The position numbers and the translations under genes are program-made. The notes beneath the pieces were generated by a model. The model made no database searches. It was not told where the DNA came from and saw only the letters and a list, made by a program, of their open reading frames with translations. From assembly GCF_964194155.1 (NCBI RefSeq), contig NC_135906.1:20646001-20710000 (forward strand): a stretch of 64,000 nt of DNA. The letters run 5' to 3'. Positions 12,481 to 22,109 of this stretch are shown here, in pieces; position 1 is the stretch's first letter, and the number at the start of each line of letters is the position of its first letter. This DNA is from Cetorhinus maximus. Taxonomy: Eukaryota.

Positions 12481-13482
12481 GCTCAGAGAGAAATAGTCTG
12501 GATATTTTTTCCTCTAATTGGCCCGTTAATCCTTTTTATGCATCTCCCAGGAGACTATGTGGATCCAGGGTGAATAAGGTAGCATAATGCATCACAACGA
12601 TATGCAGCAGGCCAGATAGAAACAGTGGATAGAAGGAATAAAATCTCTGACATCTGGCAGAACGGTCCCAAGTGAATGGTTACAGATATAGTCTCAACTG
12701 AGTTCCTATTAGACTAAGTCAAGCAAAATTGTGCTTAATTTGACGGCAATTGGTAGTCTTCAAGAAGTCAGGAGGCGGCTGGTACAGGAAAGAGGAGTTG
12801 CATTCAGATTTGGGAAGGGTGAAAAGGGGAGGAAGGAGGTCACACTTAAAAGACTTACTCTGCATTTGGTCCATTCAGTACTCAAAGCCAAAAGCAAACC
12901 TAAAGTAAAGGTTCTATCCCATCCTTCATGTTACTCAACCTTGAAATCTACTGTAACCAGACAAACAAATTTTTTCCCTATAAATCACCCTTTGGACAGG
13001 TGCGTGGGCAGGTGCACAAGGACAATTGTTTCTATGGTATGAAACAGGAGCAGCTACCTTCCAATAGGTGCAATTCTTCCTTAAAGTCATGGTTAAAATT
13101 ACCCTTGTTGATGGGAGAATAGTTTGCCAATACACTCTGCTCCCAAGACTTTACCTGTGCTCATCAATATGCATCTCTATTCAATAACCACAAAATGTTC
13201 TACACTTGCGTGTGGACCATGAGTCTTCACTGTGGGATCTTGACCTCCCTAGGGTTCTGAAGTCAGCAGATTACACTCTCTGTATTTTTGACTTGCAAAT
13301 GTTGCAAACTAATAGGAAAAAAAAAATCTTTGTTCAGCAATATTTTCCTTTTGTAGACAAGCTTCTAGAAGTTAGAACAGGGTAGTGTAAGGAGTGTCTA
13401 AGTATTTTCTTATCCCTTCTGCCCCCATTCATACAGAAAAGGCTGGAAGCTATTGGCATAGTTTTATAACATCAAAAGATAC

Positions 13483-13520
13483 AATCTTGCAACTGAACGT
13501 GATTCTTGAAGATGGTATAC
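13483..13520 (-). CDS. UBL5: UBL5 copy A, coding exon 3 ((W)YTIFKNHVQLQD(Y))
   Basis: ttccag|GTATACCATC...CAAGATT|gtatctttt; 38 nt, phases fit. Confidence 0.95.
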
Positions 13521-13893
13521 CTGGAATCAGAACAAGTTAAATTAGAACAAATAATCCACTGGGACATTACAAGATGATGCTTCCAATTTCCACACAAGGA
13601 CCAAAATGCTGAAAAGTTACAATCCACACACGTGGAATGAAATTCTTTTTACATCGAGATAAATTCAATAAATATCTGCCCAATTTAATTTTTTTTTGCA
13701 AAAGGTGATTAGCATTCTAGATAAGCACATTAAACAAGTAGGAGGATATGCTGATAGGGTTAGATGAAGCAAACAACGAGAGGAGGCTCATCTGAAGCCC
13801 AGGTGTATGCCGGAGTTTGTTTCTGTGCTGCAAATTCTATGTAATTCAGGAAATTAGTGCCACTAAGCTATATAAGAGAACATAAGAACAAAC

Positions 13894-13977
13894 CATTTCT
13901 TTAGGACGAGCTTGTCCCATTTTGTTCCAGTCTGCGCAGCTATCAATTTCTTCAGGTCTTTTATGCTATCATCAGGA
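13894..13977 (-). CDS. UBL5: UBL5 copy A, coding exon 2 ((N)[27 protein letters not shown](W))
   Basis: ttccttaatttctgcctccag|TCCTGAT...AAATG|gtttgt; 84 nt. Confidence 0.96.
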
Positions 13978-14329
13978 CTGGAGGCAGAAATTAAGGAAAA
14001 AGAAGTCTCCAAGTTCGTGCCATTCTGTTTTTACTGCTCATGTGGCCTACTTTTGTAAAGTCGTAAAGTACATTCTGTGTGACTGTTACCATAGTGCATT
14101 ATCCCCCTTCACCTTCACTGCAGCTTCAGACAGTGCGGACCACACCATCCAGTTTAGGCCTTTATTCATTTAAGACAGGAGCAACCAAACCTTTTGCTTA
14201 GCTGAAAAAAAAGGCAGAGCCTCAAACACCACAGATTTGTATAACAAGCTGCAGTTCTGACACCCCAAAACATTTTGTTTCCAATTTTCACTCAATTATA
14301 ACTAATAATTTTGGGCTAATAAGATAACC

Positions 14330-17300
14330 ACCCCATCACACCCCAGTCAGAGAAGAGTGGACCTGCAGGAAACAGTCAGGAGCTGAGGTGGGCCTATAAA
14401 TACAGACCAGAGATTCGAGTGAGGCCTACCTTACTGGGAGTTGGAGCGGAGCTGAGGAGCGCGCGCTGTTTCAGCTGCAGTGAGGATGTTGCAGCAGTGG
14501 GACGCGGGAGCTTTTGGATGCCAAGGCGATCCATGGCAAACACATCTGCAGGAAGTCTAAGCAGCTTGAGGAATTTGGGATCAGAATTATTAATCTGGAA
14601 GCCAAAAAGCAGACACTGCACATCATAAGGGAGGTGGAGAAATATCTAGATACTTTGTTCCAGATGACAGTCACACCTCTTAGAAGCGGGTCATCTGTTT
14701 TGGTCAGCAGGATGTGACTGTCAATGAGGCAGGTAATGGGACAGAGCAGGCAGTAGTGGAGGAGCCTCAGACTTTGCAATTGTCAAACAGGTTTGAGGTA
14801 CTCACAACCTGTGTGGATGAAAGTGAGATCTGCAAGGTGGACGAGCTGACTGGCCATGGCACTGTGGCATAGGAAGCCATTCAAGCAGGGGGAGCAAGAA
14901 GGAATGTAGTGGCAGTAGCGGGTAAACACTGTTCTCTGCAGTAAGGAGAGTGAGAGTCTAGATGGCTATGTTGCCTGCCCGGTGCCAGGATTTGGGACAT
15001 CTGCTCAGGGCTGGAGGGAACTTGCAGTGGGAGAGGCAGGATTCAGTTGTCGTGGTCCATTTAGGTACCAGTGACAGGTAGAATCGGGAAGAGATTCTGC
15101 AAAGTCAGCATGAAGAGCTAGATACCAAATTAAGAAGCAGAACCTCAAAGGTAGCAATCTCTGGATTATTACCTGAGTCACGTACAAATTGACATAGGGC
15201 AAATAAAATTAGAGAAGTGAATGTGTGGCTGAAAGACTGGTGAGGGAGAAGCGGGTTCCGGTTTGTGGGGCACTTGCATCAGTACTGGGGAAAGTGGGGG
15301 TGTGCCGTTGGGACGGTTTACACCTGAACCATGCTGGGACAAGTGTCCTCACAAATCACAAAACTAGTGAAGTCAAGGGGGTTGAGGGTTAAGCTTGGGT
15401 AGAAGTAGCAATTTAAGGAGTAGAGTCAAGACAGGGGAGGGAAATAGTAATGAGAAATGAGGGTCAGTGAATGGTAGGAAGGGATAGAGAAAAAAATCTA
15501 AGAACACATCAACAGTCAAGACTAGACATTACAAAGGTAACAAAAAGACAAAACCGAAGGCTCTCTATCTGAATGCACGTAACATTCATTTACTTTCTTA
15601 TGAATGCATGGCCCACATTGAAGTAAATAAATATGATCTGATAGCAATTACGGAGACATGGATGTAGGACGACATAGATTGGGTCCTTAATATTGAAGCG
15701 TACATGGCTTTCAAGAAGAATAGGAAGCTTGGAAAAGGTGGAGGGACAACACTGTTAATCAAAGAGGGCATTGATGCAATAGTTAGAGATGACCTTGGTT
15801 CAGGAGATCAGGATGTAGAATCGGTTTGTTTGAAGATGAGGAATAGTAGGGGAAAAAAGTCATTAGTGGGAGTGGTCTACAGGCCCCCTAACAGTAACCA
15901 CGGTGTAGGACAAAGTATTCAAGAGAAAATATTGTGTGCTTGCAATAAAGGGATAATAATAACCATGGATGATTTTAATCTACATATAAGCTGGAAAAAT
16001 CAGACTGGCAGTAGTAGCTGGGATGAGTTCATAAAATGCTTTCAAGATAGTTTCTGGGACCAACCAGACAGCAGGTTATATTAGACTTGGTATTGTGTAT
16101 TGTGACAGGATTAATTAATGACCTCAGGGTAAAGGCACCTCTAGGTAGCAGTGGTCACAACATGCTTGAATTTTACATTCAGTTTGAAAGGGTGAAGTAT
16201 GAATCTAAGACTAGTATCTTAAACTTAAATAAGGGCAACTATGTGGGGACAAAAGCTGAGCTAGCTGAAGTGAACTGGGAAACTAGGCTAGAGGAAAGAT
16301 CAGTAGAGAATCAGTGGCAGACATTTAAGGGGATATTTCAGAGTATTCAGAATAAGTACATTCCTATTCTAAAGAAAAATTCTAAAGGGAGAACCCATCA
16401 TCCATAGTTAACTAAAAAAGTTAAGGAAAGCATCAAACTTAAGGAAAAAGCATACAACTCCGCAAAGATGAGTGTCGGGACAAATGATTTGGTCAGAATA
16501 TAAAGAATAGAAAGGAATGACTAAAAGGCTAATCAGGAGAAAGAAATTAGAGTAGGAGGGGAAGCTAGTTAGAAATCTAAAGACAGATAGCAAGAGTTTT
16601 TACAGGTATTTAAAAAAGAAAAGAATAAGTAATGTGAGTGTTGGTCCTCTAGAGAGTGACAATGGAGAGTTAATAGTAGATAATAAGGAAACGGCAGATG
16701 AAATGAACCAACATTTTGCTCTGTGTTCACTACAGAAGATACAAAAAACATTCCAGTAATAGATGCAAAGTAGCAAATATAATCCCTCTATTCAAGGGGG
16801 GAAATAGGCCAGTTGGCTTGATGTCTGTCATGGGGGAGTTGTTAGAATCGATCATTAAGGAGGTTTTAGCTGGGTACTGAGAAGAGCTCAAGGCAATTGG
16901 AAAGAGTCAGCATGGTTTTGTGAAAGGAAAATCATGTTTAACCAATTTATTGGAGTTTTTTTGAAGGTGTAACACGCACGGTGGATAAAGGGGAGCCTGT
17001 GGACATACTGTACTTGGGTTTCCAGAAGGCATTTGATAAGGGGTTACATCAAGGTTATTAGGAAAAATAAAAGCACATGGTGTAGGGGGTAACATGGGGT
17101 ATGGATAGAAGATTGGCTGGCTGGCAGAATGCAGAGTATGCATAAATGGGTCTTTTTCTGATTGGCAGGATGTGATGAGTGGAGACCCACAGGGATCTGT
17201 GCTGGGGTCTCAGCTTTTCACGATTTACATCAATGACTTAGACAACGGGAGTGGAGACATGGTAGCTAAATTTCTAGATGACACAAAGATAGGTAGGAAA

Positions 17301-18180
17301 GTGTGTTGTGAAGACGACATGAGGAGGTTGCAGATGGATATAGAAAGGTTGAGTGAGTGGGCAAAGATCTGGAAAATGGTGTTTAATGTGGCAAAATGTG
17401 AAGTTGTTCACTTTGACAGGAAGGACAAAAAAAAACAGTATTACTTAAATGGTGAACAGCTGCATAATTCTGAGGTGCGAAGGGATCTAGGTGTTCCAGT
17501 ACATGAGTCACAAATAGTATGCAGATGCAGCAAGTAGTTAAGAAGGCTAATGGAATGCTATCCTTTATTACGAGAGGGATTGAACATAAAAGTAAGGATG
17601 TTATGCTTCAGTTATATAGGGCATTGGTTAGACTGCATTTCAAATAGTGCGCGCAGTTTTGGTCTCCTTACTTAAGGAAGGATGTAAATGCGTTGGAGGC
17701 GGTTCAGAGGAGGTTTACTAGATTGATACCTGGAATGAGTGGGTTGTCTTATGGGGAACGGTTGGACAGACTGGGTTTGTTTCCACTGGCGTTTAGAAGA
17801 GTGAGGGGCGATTTGATTGAAGTTTCCAAGATCCTGAACAGCCTTGACAAGGTGGACGTTGAAAGGATGTTTCCTCTTGTGGGTGAGTCCAGAATTAGGG
17901 GTCACTGTTTTAAAGTTAGGGCAGATGAAGAGGATTTTTTTCTCTCAGAGGACTGTGCAACTTTAGAACTCTCTGTCTCAGAAGGTGGTGGAGGTGGGGT
18001 CATTGAATATTTTTAAGGCACAGGTAGATTGATTCCCTTGCCTAATCAGAGTCTAAGATTATCGGGGGTAGATGGAAATGTGGAAATCAAAACAGAAGTA
18101 GATCAGCCATGATCTTATTGAATGGCGGAGCAGGATCGAGGGGCCGAATGGTCTACACCTGTTCCTATTTCTTATGTTCT
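14330..18180 (+). mobile_element. Near full-length decayed CR1 LINE within UBL5 intron (antisense to UBL5)
   Basis: ORF1 remnants, APE endonuclease (VYRPPNS), RT (QGSVLGSQLFTIYINDL, FLDDTK) and 3' tail, with many stops and frameshifts. Confidence 0.92.
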
Positions 18181-18307
18181 AATAATTATAACTAATTATA
18201 TAGCCCATAATCAACAGTTAAGAAACCAACAGAAGAGTTCACTTAATGGCTGTAAATATTCCAATTAAAAAGACAGTAATGTTGCACTACCCATCTTAAA
18301 AGGATAC

Positions 18308-18363
18308 TTGCACTTCACTCGGACTTTCTTTCCTAAACGATCGTTGCAAATTATCTCAATCAT
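18308..18363 (-). CDS. UBL5: UBL5 copy A, coding exon 1 (MIEIICNDRLGKKVRVKC(N))
   Basis: ATGATTGAGATAATTTGCAACGATCGT...TGCAA|gtatcctttt. The four exons sum to 56+84+38+44=222 nt, i.e. 73 aa plus stop. Confidence 0.97.
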
Positions 18364-18949
18364 TCTTAGGAATTCCTAGGAAGATGGGAGGAAGAAAAAA
18401 AATGATGTGCTTAAAAGAAAGCTTAACAATGCAACTTTGCAGAACGCAGTGCAGAACCAAAGTACCATATCTACACGAACGTTAGAAAATTATTAAAGAG
18501 CTGTGATCCGGAACCCGATGTCTGCAAGCTTGTTGGAAGCAGATTCAATGGTAACTGCCAAAGAGAATTGGATAAATATTTCAAGTGAAGTGAAGCATGA
18601 ACAGGGCTATAGGGAAAGAGGAGAGACACAAGTTAGACAATTTCAAATAGCTAGCAAAGGTACGATAGGCCAAATGACCTTCCTCTGTACCATGCCATGG
18701 TTCTATTAGAATGCAAGGACATCCACATTTTGATCTTCACTGTATCTAAAGTCCAATACTGCCAGAGGAATAAAGTCCAATTTACAATATGGGCAAGTTT
18801 AGTCATATTTAAGCTATCATTTCCATTACATGGTCCAGTATCAAAATCGATTTGGACGCTGTAGGTGGGAGCACCGGAACGTTCCCCTGATTAGAAACCC
18901 CAGAGTGGGACTTTAACCTCCAGTCTGTTGAAATAAACTCCAGAAACAA

Positions 18950-19740
18950 CTGGCCATATAAATACTGTGGCTACAAGAGCAAGTCAGAGGCTAGAAATTC
19001 TGCAGCAAGTAACTCACCTCCTGACTCCCCAAAGCCTGTCCACCATCTACAAGGCACAAGTCAGGGGTGTGATGGAATACTCCCCACTTGCCTGGATGAG
19101 TGCAGCTCCAACAACACAAGAAGCTTGACATCATAAACAAAAACAGAATTACCTGGAAAAACTCAGCAGGTCTGGCAGCATCGGTGGAGAAGAAATCAGT
19201 TAACGTTTCGAGTCCTCATGACCCTTCGGCAGGTCATGAGGACTCGAAACGTTAACTGATTTCTTCTCCACCGATGCTGCCAGACCTGCTGAGTTTTTCC
19301 AGGTAATTCTGTTTTTGTTTTGGATTTCCAGCATCCGCAGTAGCTTTTAGCTTTTTGTTTTTATTTAAGCTTGACATCATCCAGGACAAAGCAGCCCACT
19401 TGATTGGCACCCCATCCACAAACATTCACTCCCTCCACCACTGACGCACAGTAGCAGCAGTGTGTGTACCATCTACAAGATGTATTGCAGGAACTCACCA
19501 AGGCTCCTTAGACAGCACCTTCCAAACCCACAACCACTACCATCTAGAAGGACAAGGGCCACTCACCAACCTGACTTGGAAATATATCACCGTTAGTTCA
19601 CTGTCGCTGGGTAAACACGTGGAACTCCCTCCCTAACAGCACAGTACATACACCACAGGGACTGCAGCGGTTCAAGAAGGCAGCGCACCACCACCTTCTG
19701 AAGGGCAATTAGGGATGGGCAACAAACACTGGCTATACCA
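18950..19740 (+). mobile_element. Non-LTR retrotransposon 3' fragment (L2/Jockey-like RT C-terminus)
   Basis: Matches 21090-21915; interrupted by a Penelope-derived insertion. Confidence 0.75.
19135..19366. mobile_element. Penelope-derived inverted-repeat insertion with 14-bp TSD
   Basis: Arms 19135-19223 and 19232-19320 are reverse complements; flanked by aagcttgacatcat at 19121 and 19367; absent in copy B. Confidence 0.88.
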
Positions 19741-20201
19741 ACAACACCCATATACACACAAGAAAAAACAGAAGGTGGTAGGGGTCTGGAAGTCACTACC
19801 TAGGAGGAAAGTGGAGGGAGAAACCCTCATCATGTTGCCACTTGAAATGCCTGAACCTACAAGGCTATGGACCAAGAGCTGGAAGGGGGTGGGGATGAGA
19901 CTGGATGGCTCTTTTTTCAGCTAGTACCAGCAAGATGGGCCAAACAGCCTCCGTTTCTGCTCCAGACCTTCAATCATCCATTCATTTTAACGAAATATCA
20001 AAATGAATGATCATTAATGCACCCGGGGCCCTGAATTCTCCAGCTGCCCAGACCACAAGTCCTCGGGATTTAATTAACATGCGCAGGAGGTCGTAGAAAA
20101 TCAGGCAGCTGTTTATTTACTGACAGTTTGTTGTATTTTCGAACATGTAAAGTCCCAGCTCACACTCGGGGACCGTTTATATCGGCGACATCTTCACTTA
20201 C

Positions 20202-21089
20202 CTGCTCACCTCCCCCCCCCCACGATTACTCAGGATCTCTTCCGCGCAGCAACATAACTAGGCCGCAGCCCCGCCCCTTAGCAACGGGTCCCTCCTCTGA
20301 TTGACGGCTCTCTTGGCCAATCACACCTCGGGAAAGCCAAGAAAGCGGTGCCATCGTCGCCTAGCGGACCAATAGGACCTCGGGGTAAAGAAACACCCGC
20401 CCCTTTCGCCCATTTAGAATCAGAGCAGCAATTTCTCGAAACAAAAACGTTTTAAAAAAAAAGCTTGCAACGCTTCATGTTGGTTAGATAATCTTAAAAT
20501 AAGATTTGCCGGTAAAATCATGTATTTTCGATGGTAGGAAAGCGAGATTACGGAACTCTCGCATGGTTGTCAATGCAAATAGCACAAGACATATAAATGC
20601 AGCTTTTTTTCTGTTTTCTTTCATGTCTTAATAGCCGCAATAATTTGTTTTAAGGGCGATAATACGATGGTTTTTCATATCCGAATCAGCGAACCTGAAT
20701 AAGTTGCTATCAAATATTTGGACGATTCGGGCCGAGCTGTGCTGCCCTCTTGACCAATCGGCGTATGGAACTCATGACTGACGTTTCCGGTTGTCCAATC
20801 GAAGCAAGGTATTAGCCCGAGGAGGCGGGCCTGATCTCAGGACCAATTGGGCGGGCTTACCAGGCAGTCTTGTTTTTGTTTTGGTCAGATCGCATGTCAA
20901 CGGCACGGAGGCGGGGACCTGCTCGCGACCGACATCGGGGTTGGCCAATCCCTCTCGGCGCTCTCGAACGGAGCCCTGATTGACGCGCGGATTACCCAAT
21001 CCGAATGGAGACCGTTGAAGGTGGCCTCCCAGCCCACGCCCCGCTCTTGGTTAGGGGTTATCTCCGTCCGGCTCATTCGACAAGAACCA
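20202..21089. promoter_or_regulatory. Duplicated bidirectional UBL5/PIN1 promoter, including probable non-coding UBL5 exon 1; PIN1 side orphaned
   Basis: CpG-rich; several CCAAT/ATTGG, GC boxes and TGACGT; minus-strand donor cag|gtaagt at 20201; homologous to 49041-49914. Confidence 0.8.
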
Positions 21090-21915
21090 CATTAACTGCT
21101 GTGGTTACAGGAGCAGGTCAGGGATTTGGGAATTCTACAGCGAGTCACTCACCTCCTGACTCCCCCCCCCCCCACCAAAGCCTGTCCACCATCTACAAGG
21201 CACAAGTCAGGAGTGTGATGGAATACTCTCCACTTGCCTGGATGAGTGCAGCTCCCACAACACTCAAGAAGCTCAACACCATCCAGGACAAAGCAGCCTG
21301 TTTGATTGACACCCCATCCACAAACATTCACTCCCTCCACCACCGACGCACAGTCGCAACAGTGTGTACCATCTACAAGATGCACTGCAGGAACTCACCA
21401 AGGCTCCTTAGACAGCACCTTCCAAATTCATGACCACCACCATCTAGAAGGACAAGGGCAGCAGACAGATGGGAACACCACCACCTGGAAGTTCCCCTCC
21501 AAGCCACTCACCATCCTGCCTTGGAAATATATCCCCATTCCCGCCATCCTGCCTTGGAAATATATTTCACCCCTCTCCTAACTATGCTTCAGTTCTGCCG
21601 AAGGGCTGTGAAGGCTTGAAACGTTAACTGATTTCTTCTCCACCGATGCTGCCAGACCTGCTGAGTTTTTCCAGGTAATTCTGTTTTTGTTTTGGAAATA
21701 TATCACCGTTCCCACCATCCTGACTTGGAAATATATCGGCCGTTCCTTCACTGTGCCGGGTCAAAATCCTGGAACTCCCTCCCTAACAACACTGTGACTG
21801 TACCATGGTTCAAGATGGCGGCTCAGCGCAACCTTCTCGGGGGCAATTAGGGATGGGCAACAAACGCTAACTGAGCCCGCGATTCCCACATCTTGTGAAA
21901 GAATTTTTTTAAATG
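21090..21915 (+). mobile_element. Non-LTR retrotransposon 3' fragment (L2/Jockey-like) with a nested Penelope tail at about 21590-21693
   Basis: LSTIYKAQVRSVMEYSPLAWMSAAPTTLKKL RT C-terminus; tail gggcaattagggatgggcaa shared with the SINE. Confidence 0.8.
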
Positions 21916-22109
21916 ATGAATAAGATACCTGAGGACATTGTGTTCAAGTGATTCGATGCCATTTGTTTCAACCCAAGTTGCATTCTTCCATTGTATAATT
22001 ACAGCCATAACAGATGGAACCTTCACAATAGCAGCAATATTCCTGATAGGAACAGTGAAATGTCCTGGGTTTATAACCATATCTACTAATATTAATTCAT
22101 CTCCATCAT

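Larger units (their letters stand above)
374..21089. repeat. Segmental duplication, copy A
   Basis: Collinear with 26573-49914: 1116=27319, 3165=29377, 11466=37676, 13894=40734, 18363=46430, 21089=49914. The offset grows from about 26.2 to 28.8 kb through indels. Confidence 0.95.

Noticed and set aside
12731-13042. 103-aa ORF repeated at 39572-39883
   Set aside because: GTG start, antisense within a UBL5 intron, no homology recognised.
21005-21433. 142-aa ORF fusing promoter sequence to LINE RT tail
   Set aside because: Its ATG abuts a CCAAT box and probably lies upstream of the TSS; the frame depends on a C-run length. Not called as a CDS.
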